Of a stretch of 53,642 nucleotides of DNA, positions 29,993 through 38,178 are shown piece after piece. A model generated the notes under the pieces. That model was not told where the DNA came from. It did not search any database and worked only from the letters and a program-made list of their open reading frames with translations. How positions within the stretch are numbered: position 1 is the first letter of the stretch; each line of letters starts with the position of its first letter. A program made the translations under genes and the position numbers. The DNA comes from a virus (lineage: Duplodnaviria > Caudoviricetes), in IMG/VR virus record IMGVR_UViG_3300008255_000158, positions 1 through 53,642 of that record; one strand, given 5' to 3'.

Positions 29993-30190
29993 TCAGGGAT
30001 AGACGTAGGCGTTGACTCCCACGGTGATGTCCTTCTCCTCACCATCGACGTTGATCTTGCAGCCCGACGACTTGTTGCCGTTGCTCGTGGCGACGACCAG
30101 CGTCTTGCCCGACTTGGAAGGACGGATGGGGTTGACCAGGGGGAGGGTGATGATCAGGGACTTCTTGTCCTTCGAGATTTCAACCTTCAT
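29993..30190 (-). CDS. Small hypothetical protein (PSKSGKTLVVATS.GN type)
   Basis: AGGAGCAAG RBS; strongly biased codons. Confidence 0.75.
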   Translation of the reverse strand: MKVEISKDKKSLIITLPLVNPIRPSKSGKTLVVATSNGNKSSGCKINVDGEEKDITVGVNAYVYP

Positions 30191-30219
30191 GAACTTGCTC
30201 CTGTGGCTTGTTGTTGCAG

Positions 30220-31191
30220 TTACTTGGACTTGAGACCGCCCTTATGGCCGAGTTCGCGGAGTCGTGCGCGGATACGCCGTTTCTCACCCTTGTCGGCCGA
30301 AGTGCGGAGTCGGTTCGTCAATTCCTCCAGGTCATCGGACATTTCCTTTGAGGCCTTGGAGGAAGTGACTGCAGCGCCGCCGTCTTTTGCTCGGCGACCC
30401 TTGCGCTTCTTGGCAGACGCGACCGTTGCGCCTGCTGGTGCGGGTGTGGCGTCATCATCGACGCGGTAGTTGCTCGTGCCGGACAGCGCCCTCGCCGTCG
30501 TGAAGTTGAGGGCAACCCCGATCTTCGGGACGCGCTCTTCTGTTCCCCTCAGCGCGGGAACGCTAAGGGTACAGCAACGTGAGCCCCCTGCCCTGACCCC
30601 GAGATTACGAAACTCCCGGAGTGTGGCAATGATGTTATCCAGCTCATCGACGGTCTTCAGCTCAAGGATCGGCTGATCGGCCTTCTTGCGAAGGTCGTCC
30701 AACGTCAATGCAGAGCCGTCGAGACGTTGATGGAGAAACTTGTTGGCCATGGCGCAGATGTCCGCGCTCATCGATGACGGCCGCTCACGCGGATCATCGA
30801 GGTAGAGCGTGGACTCAACCGAGTAGGGATACCCGTTGAATTGGCACCACATATCGATTGCGAACCCGTGGATTCCCCCAGCGAACTGAGTTCTACGCCA
30901 CTGCCCATAGAAATGGGCCTTGTTCCCGACGCAGTCAATGACATCGACGGTAAAGTTGATTCGCTCTTTGTCCCAGACAACCGGGTACTGATTGAATCCC
31001 CTTGCCTCGTCGGTATCGTCCTCGTCGTTCTCGGGCAATAGCTCGTTGGCGCTTAGCGTCAACGACTCACCATCGTCAAAAACGACGGTGACTCTCTTAC
31101 CCTTGCTTGCAACCGATTCGACCGCACCAGCGTAAATGACCGTGTCAAAGACCGCTTTGACTCTGTCACCAGCTGACCACTTGACAGTCAT
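30220..31191 (-). CDS. Early protein with N-terminal Tudor/SH3-like domain and C-terminal LRxLGHKGG module
   Basis: GDRV...Y.G.V...V.FDDG at the N-terminus; EKRRIRARLRELGHKGG at the C-terminus; AGGAGCAAG RBS. Confidence 0.75.
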   Translation of the reverse strand: MTVKWSAGDRVKAVFDTVIYAGAVESVASKGKRVTVVFDDGESLTLSANELLPENDEDDTDEARGFNQYPVVWDKERINFTVDVIDCVGNKAHFYGQWRRTQFAGGIHGFAIDMWCQFNGYPYSVESTLYLDDPRERPSSMSADICAMANKFLHQRLDGSALTLDDLRKKADQPILELKTVDELDNIIATLREFRNLGVRAGGSRCCTLSVPALRGTEERVPKIGVALNFTTARALSGTSNYRVDDDATPAPAGATVASAKKRKGRRAKDGGAAVTSSKASKEMSDDLEELTNRLRTSADKGEKRRIRARLRELGHKGGLKSK

Positions 31192-31272
31192 GGTTTCTTG
31201 CTCCTATTCGCTTTTCAGAGATCGGGTGATTGAGCCCCCCAGATGGGAGGGGGAACAATCGATGACTGGCGA

Positions 31273-31301
31273 ACAATAAGCTCATTGGTCATCGCAGTCA
31301 A
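31273..31301 (-). promoter_or_regulatory. Sigma70-type promoter
   Basis: TTGACT-17 nt-TATTGT. Confidence 0.7.
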
Positions 31302-31360
31302 GTCGTCATTTCGCGATGACGGATTAGTGCTAATACTGACGGTATTAAGCTTTTCATGCC

Positions 31361-31392
31361 ATAAGAAAGGGCGCGTCCGAAGACGCGCCCTT
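31361..31392 (-). terminator. Intrinsic terminator
   Basis: 11-bp stem with C(UUCG)G loop and U-rich tail on the minus strand. Confidence 0.8.
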
Positions 31393-31458
31393 ATCAGACT
31401 AGTGCGAGGATCATAATGAGTGCCACACCCGCGAAAATGAGTACCTCGCGAATGAAGC

Positions 31459-31788
31459 TCATGACTTCTCGGCCCTTTCGAGGATCATCAGGTCGTGCTC
31501 ATGACACAGTCGCTGCATGGTCGAGTACATCGAGTCCCAGAGGGCGTCGAAGATGAGCTTGTCTTCCGCGCTGACGTTCGGATTGAATTCGGGATGCTCA
31601 CCGAAGTAGTCGGCGATAAGGGTCTCGAAGAACGCGGACTCCTCGATGGAGACGCAGTCGACCTCCGCGCCGAGATTGTGCGCGATGCCCCGAAGCGATC
31701 CTGCTCTCATCTTCTCGTAAGCGAAGGCAAGATGAGCGAACGCCTGTCCAATTAGTATTGCATCGTGGACGGTGAGTTGGATAATCAC
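31459..31788 (-). CDS. Hypothetical early protein
   Basis: TAGGAGCAAG RBS before GTG 31788. Confidence 0.65.
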   Translation of the reverse strand: MIIQLTVHDAILIGQAFAHLAFAYEKMRAGSLRGIAHNLGAEVDCVSIEESAFFETLIADYFGEHPEFNPNVSAEDKLIFDALWDSMYSTMQRLCHEHDLMILERAEKS

Positions 31789-31884
31789 TGAACTTGCTCC
31801 TAGTGGTTGGTTTTGAAGGGGATTCAATTGTCAGAGAGCGGGGGCGCGGGCATTAGGCCCCGCGGCGCTATATCGAGCTAGCGC

Positions 31885-31913
31885 ATACTGTAGCCCCTGG
31901 GGCTTGTCGTCAA
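31885..31913 (-). promoter_or_regulatory. Probable sigma70-type promoter
   Basis: TTGACG-17 nt-CAGTAT (weak -10). Confidence 0.45.
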
Positions 31914-32170
31914 TGACCCCCACCAGAACGACGGTGAGGGGTCAAGGAGTGATCCAGAAAAAATGCCACTACGCGGTAAAAAATCGTGCTTTTTGAGCAC
32001 AAGGGCCCTGGGGCGCTTTAAATCGCCGTGGGGGCGTTTTGGGGCTCGTGGGGGAGAAACGTCAGCTGTGGGCTCAAAAACGCCCCTACGGCGATTCTCG
32101 GCGTATTGTGGCCGAGCTGCTGGGGGCGGGCGCGACGACATCGGGGCCCTCGATTGCCCCTGTAGCTATG

Positions 32171-32204
32171 AAACGACCCCCACCACAGCCGACGGGGGTC
32201 GTTT
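32171..32204 (-). terminator. Hairpin terminator
   Basis: AAACGACCCCC / GGGGGTCGTTT inverted repeat downstream of ORF 32226-32435. Confidence 0.6.
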
Positions 32205-32225
32205 GATGGTGACGACGGTAAGGGC

Positions 32226-32435
32226 CTAATGGCCGGCCATCGTTTCATGAGGGACGCGGTAAACGTGGGCAGGATTGAATTGCTTGATGAACATCCGGAC
32301 GATCGAGGGGTAAACGTAGCCGAGGAAAATGACATTCCCCTGCCCGTGCCGTTTGAGCCAGCATCCGATTTTTCGACTACCCTCTATCTTCGTGACGATG
32401 AGATCGTGATTGCGGCGACGGTTGTTGCGGTTCAT
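32226..32435 (-). CDS. Hypothetical small basic protein
   Basis: Starts 3 nt after the upstream stop; followed by a terminator. Confidence 0.5.
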   Translation of the reverse strand: MNRNNRRRNHDLIVTKIEGSRKIGCWLKRHGQGNVIFLGYVYPSIVRMFIKQFNPAHVYRVPHETMAGH

Positions 32436-32438
32436 GGA

Positions 32439-32609
32439 TCAGTTACCTTTCACGGGGGTAAGGGAGTTGACTGTGACCACCGCGTCGATGTCGCAATTGG
32501 CGCAGCGAACGACCCAGACGAGAGCGTTCGGATCGGAGTCGACTGACAGGACGCGGACGGTCGTTTCGAGGGTCGCGCAGAAGAAGAGATCGTTTTCGCG
32601 GATGGTCAT
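32439..32609 (-). CDS. Hypothetical small protein
   Basis: AAGGA RBS before ATG 32609. Confidence 0.5.
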   Translation of the reverse strand: MTIRENDLFFCATLETTVRVLSVDSDPNALVWVVRCANCDIDAVVTVNSLTPVKGN

Positions 32610-32842
32610 TTTCGGTTCCTTTCGGTTTCGGACGTCTCTCATATTGCACTTGCCGGGCTATACCTGGGAAAATACATGGTACCCGGTTAAAACGGCGATT
32701 TGGCCTGGTATACCGCTACTAATCGGTTTGGCACGCCCTCGGTCGACGACCCCTGGCTGGAGGGCAAACTGTAAAGGCAATTTTACAGATGCCGTAAAAC
32801 GGTAAACCGAATTTTACTGGTATGCGCCGACCCACGGGGCTA

Positions 32843-32879
32843 CGAAAAAGCCCCCGATATGGAGTCGGGGGCGTTTTCG
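32843..32879 (-). terminator. Intrinsic terminator
   Basis: GCCCCCGA / TCGGGGGC stem flanked by A and T runs. Confidence 0.75.
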
Positions 32880-32885
32880 AGGGCT

Positions 32886-33242
32886 TCATTCAGCGACGGT
32901 TGCCTGGCGCATACCGCCCTTATGACCGAGTCGACGGAGGGCAGCGCGGAGATTCTTCTTCGCTCCCTGATCGTCGGTCGAGCGCAGCGCTTCAAGCAGC
33001 GTCTCGATCTCGACGGCGCGGTCTTCCTCGGATAGGACATCGATCAGCGCGGGACGGCCCGGCTTGCGGATCGTCAGCTCGTTGAAGCCGAGGGTCTTCT
33101 CGGTATCGTCGTCGAAACGGACACGCGCCTTGTGGTTCTTGAAGACTTTGACGACGTGGCCGATGTAGAGCTCGCCGTCGAGTTCGACGTTGACGTTAGA
33201 GCCGGCCTCGATCACGTTGCTGTTGTTGTTGCTGGTAGCCAT
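32886..33242 (-). CDS. Early protein with Tudor/SH3-like domain and LRxLGHKGG module
   Basis: Y.G.V......ARVRFDD; AKKNLRAALRRLGHKGG; AGGAGCAAG RBS. Confidence 0.8.
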   Translation of the reverse strand: MATSNNNSNVIEAGSNVNVELDGELYIGHVVKVFKNHKARVRFDDDTEKTLGFNELTIRKPGRPALIDVLSEEDRAVEIETLLEALRSTDDQGAKKNLRAALRRLGHKGGMRQATVAE

Positions 33243-33424
33243 GATTTCTTGCTCCTGGTTTGGTTCGATTGAACCGGGTTTTATTCAGTGGTGATTGAAG
33301 GGGGCAAGAGCATGGACTCCGGGGGGCCTTGTTCAGGCCCTGGGGTCGTGCTCGTATTCACTTGTCAGAGATCGGTCGTCGATTCGAGGGCAATCGAGCG
33401 TCGATTCAAGATCGACGTAGGAGG

Positions 33425-33453
33425 ACAATATACCCATCGGGGTAGGGGGTCAA
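33425..33453 (-). promoter_or_regulatory. Sigma70-type promoter
   Basis: TTGACC-17 nt-TATTGT; same -10 as the promoter at 31273. Confidence 0.7.
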
Positions 33454-33604
33454 GGACCTTGAGGCCCTTTTTGAAAGATTGCCACAAGTCGGGGCATGGC
33501 AACGGGTTGTGGGCACGTGGTTTTTTCGTTCGGGGGGTCTGAAGGGGGCCCCCTGGGGCGTTGACGGGGCATGACCGGCGGTTGGGGGCTTCAGGCATGG
33601 GGGC

Positions 33605-33648
33605 ATAAAGGAGCCCCCGTTCGCTTGCTTTGTTCAGCGAACGGGGGC
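33605..33648 (-). terminator. Hairpin terminator
   Basis: 13-bp perfect stem GCCCCCGTTCGCT / AGCGAACGGGGGC. Confidence 0.65.
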
Positions 33649-33708
33649 GATTGAGAGCGGCACGGGAAGGGTCGTGCCGTCATCAGTCAGGGCCGACGAT
33701 TGCGGTGA

Positions 33709-34032
33709 TTAGTCCTCGGCGACATCGCCGACGGGCTTCTTGCTCTTGCGCTTGGGGGAAGGCTTCGTCGCGGCCTTCTTGCGCGAGCTGGCCTTCTTCG
33801 CCGTCGCAGCCTTGCGCTCGGTCTGACGACCACCACCACGATGACCGCGACTCCGCAGCTTCGCACGGATCTTCTTCTTGTCCTGCTGGTCGACGGCGTT
33901 ATCCAGAGCAATCAAGAGATCCTCGATGGACTCGACCTCCCGCTCGACCTTCGGGGCCTTTGCGGACTTCTCCGCCTTTGCACTGACCTTCTTTTTTGAG
34001 GTCTTCTTCTTGGATGCGACTTTCTTTGCCAT
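33709..34032 (-). CDS. Lys/Ala-rich histone-H1-like protein with central LRxRGHRGG module
   Basis: AGGAG RBS; KKxxSKKK-type tails on both sides of DKKKIRAKLRSRGHRGG. Confidence 0.75.
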   Translation of the reverse strand: MAKKVASKKKTSKKKVSAKAEKSAKAPKVEREVESIEDLLIALDNAVDQQDKKKIRAKLRSRGHRGGGRQTERKAATAKKASSRKKAATKPSPKRKSKKPVGDVAED

Positions 34033-34111
34033 TTTGGCTACTCCTGTTTCGGGTGTAAAACTATCGAGCTAGGGCCACAAGGTAGGACAGAGTCGCCGCG
34101 TTGTCGGCTTT

Positions 34112-34164
34112 AAAATAGAAAAAGGGCCCCACGGCTAGGAGCAAGAAGAAACGCCGTGGAGCCC
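34112..34164 (-). terminator. Intrinsic terminator of the polA operon with a 17-nt loop
   Basis: 12-bp stem (one G-U pair only on the minus strand) followed by UUUUUCUAUUUU. Confidence 0.8.
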
Positions 34165-34212
34165 ATGCCTCGTCGCCGTGACTACCCGACAACGAGGAAA
34201 TCCTAACGACGA

Positions 34213-36174
34213 CTAACCAGCCATGTTGTACTTTTCTTTCTTAGACCACCGTCGTTTCACGACCTCGGGTGAAACGGTGATTGGGACATTGAAGTTCTTC
34301 AAGTCCTCCATGAGCTTAACCAGCTCGGGAATCACCCATCTCTCGGTCGCCGGAACCTCGAACACGATCTCGTCGTGGACGGTAAGAATCATCCTCGTCT
34401 TGAGCTTCATAGCACGGAGCCATTTCCAAGCCCTGACCATAGAAAGCTTCATCAAGTCAGCTGAAGTGCCCTGGCACATATAGTTCAGGGCCTTATAGCA
34501 GAACTTGACTGGGATGTGGTAACGACGACCAAAGGGATTCTCGACGTATCCGTTGACCTTCAACGAGTTCGCAAGCGTCCCCGTTAGCGCTCTCACGCTC
34601 GGGAAGCTTCGATGGTATGCAGTGCAAATCCGTGACGACTCTAGGGCTGTTGTAGGCAGTCCCTTCTTCGTCAACGTCACTGCAACTGTCTTTGCTCCAG
34701 CCCCATACAGGATGCCAAAATTGACGCCCTTAGCTCGCTTACGTTGTTCACTGGTGATCTTGGATGGGTCGAGCTTATATACCTTTGCGGCTGTGTGCAA
34801 GTGGATATCACTTGCAACGGCTTTAGCCATCTCTGCATCTTCAGAGAAATGGGTGAAGAACTTCATCTCAACCTGGTCGTAGTCAATGTGGAAATTCCAC
34901 CGGCCACGACGAGTGATGAAACACTCCCGAGGCCCGAGCTTACGTGGTTGATTCTGCAAGTTCGGTTCGCTCGATGAGAATCGGCCCGTCAGCGCCTCGC
35001 TTTGGTTGAATTTGCAGTGGAGGATGCCGACTCGACGACCGTTGGGCTCGATCCTGACATCCACTGCATTGTTGAGGAAATAGTCGTAGTAGGTCGAAAC
35101 CATTTTCTTCAGCTGGCGAATCTTCCAGATGAAGGGAGGGACAACCTCTCGAGGTTCGAGTCGATGTTTCTTGACCGTTTCGTGGACCGCATTGTAGAAC
35201 TTGCGCCACGGCCATCCTTCCTCACTCGACTCCCTCAGCGTATACGCCAACGGGGCTGAGACGTATCGGATGATGGCGTACTCGTCAAACGCCCAGTTCC
35301 CTCCACCAGACATCTTACCGCCCTTAGCTCTCTTGGGCTCTGTCTTGAACTTCAGGGGGATTCCCAATTTGCGCCATGCGGCAACGCACTGGGGCTGTGA
35401 GTTCGGCTTGAACTTCTTGACCGTCTCGGTGACTGTTACGCCCTTTCGCTTTCGCTCAACCTCGATTGACCCCACCATCGATTCGAGCTCATGCTGAAGA
35501 ACCTCAATTCCTGCTTCAGCTTCAGCCTTCAATTCAGCGGCCCGGGTGAGGTCAACGGGGACGCCGTAACTCTCCATGTCCACGCAGACTTTCATCAGCA
35601 TCTGCTCGGTTGACATCAGCTCGGGACACGTTGAGCTGACCCGGGGGTACAACAAACCGAATAGCATGAGAGTGTGCTTGACGTCCCACAGGCACCGACG
35701 CTTGACCACGTCTCGAGGGGCGTCTGAGAAGTTGGGTGCCCTGCCATTAGCCGATTTGAAGCTTCTGGCGTTGGTTTTGAGCCAGTGCTCGACCTCGTCT
35801 TTGTCGCCGGGGCTGGCGTTCAAGAATCTCATTGCCAACGACCGGAGATCGTGCCTCCCGTTCTCGTTGTAGAGCTTTGACAATATCAGGGTGCAGTGGA
35901 TATCGGCGACACAGTCGAAGATATCGAGCCCCTCGGAGTGCAAGAACCCGAGATCGAACTTGGCGTTATGGAATACGAGCTTCTTTCGCTTCCTTAGCAG
36001 GCGACCAAGGAATCTTTTTGACACTCTATCCCACGGCATAAAGCCGTACTCGCCCTTCTCAGTGTAGTAAGCCATGCAGAATGGCTTATGCCCCTTGACG
36101 TAGCTCAGCCCCGTTGTCTCGAGATCGAGAGCGATTACGCTCCCGCGGACAACTGGTACACTGTTACTCTGCAT
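34213..36174 (-). CDS. polA: Family A DNA polymerase with 3'-5' exonuclease
   Basis: DLETTG, FHNAKFD, TGRFSSSEPNLQN, motif A DYDQVE, motif B R..AK..NFGILYG, motif C VHDE. Confidence 0.95.
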   Translation of the reverse strand: MQSNSVPVVRGSVIALDLETTGLSYVKGHKPFCMAYYTEKGEYGFMPWDRVSKRFLGRLLRKRKKLVFHNAKFDLGFLHSEGLDIFDCVADIHCTLILSKLYNENGRHDLRSLAMRFLNASPGDKDEVEHWLKTNARSFKSANGRAPNFSDAPRDVVKRRCLWDVKHTLMLFGLLYPRVSSTCPELMSTEQMLMKVCVDMESYGVPVDLTRAAELKAEAEAGIEVLQHELESMVGSIEVERKRKGVTVTETVKKFKPNSQPQCVAAWRKLGIPLKFKTEPKRAKGGKMSGGGNWAFDEYAIIRYVSAPLAYTLRESSEEGWPWRKFYNAVHETVKKHRLEPREVVPPFIWKIRQLKKMVSTYYDYFLNNAVDVRIEPNGRRVGILHCKFNQSEALTGRFSSSEPNLQNQPRKLGPRECFITRRGRWNFHIDYDQVEMKFFTHFSEDAEMAKAVASDIHLHTAAKVYKLDPSKITSEQRKRAKGVNFGILYGAGAKTVAVTLTKKGLPTTALESSRICTAYHRSFPSVRALTGTLANSLKVNGYVENPFGRRYHIPVKFCYKALNYMCQGTSADLMKLSMVRAWKWLRAMKLKTRMILTVHDEIVFEVPATERWVIPELVKLMEDLKNFNVPITVSPEVVKRRWSKKEKYNMAG

Positions 36175-36644
36175 TGCTTCAGTACCTCAAGCCCTTCATG
36201 GTTTCTGTACGGGCGGTCGTAGTAAACGGTTCGGACCCCCGCATTGACTAGTCGCTGGGCGCACATTCTGCACGGCTCGGTCGTAGTGAATGCGACCTTG
36301 TCCGTTGCTCGAGAATCGACTTGAAGACAGGCATTGTCTTCAGCGTGAAGACATCCGCAACCCCCCTCTCTGCCCCGGCACGACGAAGAGGGGAGTCCCT
36401 TTGCGGGTCCGTTGTATCCGAACGCCAGAATCTGCCGTAGATCAGCGGTAGTGATGACGCAGCCCACTTGTGCTCTTTTGCATATCGACCTCTTCGCCCA
36501 CAATGTGGCAGTGAGCATATGCAGCACTTCGCGGGCGGGTCGGGCATCGCACTCGTGAGGGCATGCTGGATGGTGAATCGATCCGCAGCCCCTACACCGA
36601 GACGCTCCCATCCCCACCGACTGTTGGCATTCGGAACACTTCAT
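36135..36644 (-). CDS. dCMP deaminase with N-terminal Cys-rich extension
   Basis: S.C.R.QVG, GYNG, HAE.NA and PC..C motifs. Confidence 0.9.
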   Translation of the reverse strand: MKCSECQQSVGMGASRCRGCGSIHHPACPHECDARPAREVLHMLTATLWAKRSICKRAQVGCVITTADLRQILAFGYNGPAKGLPSSSCRGREGGCGCLHAEDNACLQVDSRATDKVAFTTTEPCRMCAQRLVNAGVRTVYYDRPYRNHEGLEVLKQCRVTVYQLSAGA

Positions 36645-36868
36645 GACTTTCTCAGCTTCATATGGGTGGGGCAGATAACGCCAACACCATCGATGTATCT
36701 CCACCCGGACGTGAAGAGCTCACGACTGATGGACAGGTCGAGGGCCCCGCCAGTGATAGTGTCACTGTGGGGTTCTTCACACTTGATGCACTTGATCGAG
36801 TACGAAGTGGTGACATCGAGAATGGTGGTCATGCGCTGAATCTGGGTCACGGCGTTGCTCTTGCTCAT
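36641..36868 (-). CDS. Small Cys-containing protein
   Basis: CxxC...GW...CPxH; coupled start/stop overlaps on both sides. Confidence 0.6.
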   Translation of the reverse strand: MSKSNAVTQIQRMTTILDVTTSYSIKCIKCEEPHSDTITGGALDLSISRELFTSGWRYIDGVGVICPTHMKLRKS

Positions 36869-37644
36869 CAGAACTCACCTCGCTTCTTCAGGTCTTTGGC
36901 GTAGGCGTGGAGTGACCCGGCGAAGTAGGTGAACGCCCCAGTGGTAAGCTTCAGCTGGTCAGCGAACCACAGTTGAAGCTCGAGGGCCAGTGCGATGTCA
37001 ACGGGGAAGTGGGTCAGAAGGTCGCAAGAGCGCATGGTGTAGATCAGGTCAACTCGCTCTTTTCGGACCATCACCTGATAGTACATCGAGCAGGGAATAC
37101 GACCACCTCCACCAGCATTGAAGAAGTCGGTGCCCAGAATGGTTCGACCAGCATTGAATGCACTGCCGCAACCAATGATGTTGGAGTGCATCGTGATAAT
37201 CGCCTGGCGCGATCCGTTGTCATCCTGGAGACGCTTCACGATCTGAGCGATCTGGGGTGCGAACCGCTCAGAGTAGGTGTATGCGAACTCACCCCTCTCA
37301 TCGAGAAACTCGCGCCAGACGTGCTTTCGCTCAACCCACGCCGTGCCGGGATTCTGAGGGATGCCGCCGACTCGAGCTTGATGCTCCGCCTTGATGTAGG
37401 CAAGAACCGAGTCAAGCTCGGATCGGTCATCGAGCAAGTAGAAGATTCCATCAGCCAGATCGGCGCCGTCGTACGACCAGTCGGTGATCTTGAACCCGTA
37501 GCCCTGAAGCTCGCGAGTGACAAAGCGCGGGTCTTCGGCAATGTCCTTGTCTTGCATCGTTTTAGTATGCACTTCGATGCCCATCTCTTGAAGGTCGCGG
37601 GCCGTTTCCTTCATTGCCTCGAAAGGATTGGTGTAGATTCGCAC
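36868..37644 (-). CDS. Thymidylate-synthase-fold enzyme (dNMP methylase/hydroxymethylase type)
   Basis: YTYSER, SRQA, RIPCS, MRSCD...HFPVD and GSLHAY; AAGGAG RBS. Confidence 0.9.
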   Translation of the reverse strand: MRIYTNPFEAMKETARDLQEMGIEVHTKTMQDKDIAEDPRFVTRELQGYGFKITDWSYDGADLADGIFYLLDDRSELDSVLAYIKAEHQARVGGIPQNPGTAWVERKHVWREFLDERGEFAYTYSERFAPQIAQIVKRLQDDNGSRQAIITMHSNIIGCGSAFNAGRTILGTDFFNAGGGGRIPCSMYYQVMVRKERVDLIYTMRSCDLLTHFPVDIALALELQLWFADQLKLTTGAFTYFAGSLHAYAKDLKKRGEF

Positions 37645-37773
37645 AAAATGCTCCTTTTCACGGTTTGTCGATCAGCCGCCATTCAATGTGAAAAACGACT
37701 GCTTGCAGTGTTCTCGTACCCTTGTCGTCGTAGTCGCTCCCAGAGCGTCTCTCGTCAGTTGTCGCTTGATGAC

Positions 37774-38178
37774 TCAGTCGTCGTCGTCCCCGCGTCCCTC
37801 GGAGACGCTGGCGTCACCAGCGCCCCTTGTGATGCAGCATCTGCAAGTCGGTTGACTAAGGGGCTGGTGGCACTTGACACAAATGGTCAACCTCTTTCGC
37901 TCGACTGCAACACCACGAGCGATGCAGCCTCTGCCCCACCTAACAACAAGCTCGGCAATCTTCTCGGGATTCGCGGAGTCAAGCTTCCCGACCTCTTGGA
38001 AAAACGACTCGAGCTCGGATTCCGTAATCCTGTCAAAGCTCGCCAGCTTGTTGCCGTAGTCGAGCTCGACCATCTCGACTATCTTTTGGGCTTCGACCAC
38101 TGTGATCTTGTTGCCCACGAAAGAGCAGATAGCCTCGGCTACTGCGCTTTGTCGAACGTCAGCTCGCCCACGTCCCAT
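37774..38178 (-). CDS. Hypothetical protein with C-terminal Cys cluster
   Basis: ORF between the two TS-fold genes; start uncertain. Confidence 0.5.
   Translation of the reverse strand: MGRGRADVRQSAVAEAICSFVGNKITVVEAQKIVEMVELDYGNKLASFDRITESELESFFQEVGKLDSANPEKIAELVVRWGRGCIARGVAVERKRLTICVKCHQPLSQPTCRCCITRGAGDASVSEGRGDDDD

Noticed and set aside
31900-33700. tRNA genes in the intergenic stretches
   Set aside because: No cloverleaf with a properly placed T-loop and acceptor stem found by eye; the hairpins fit terminators and leaders
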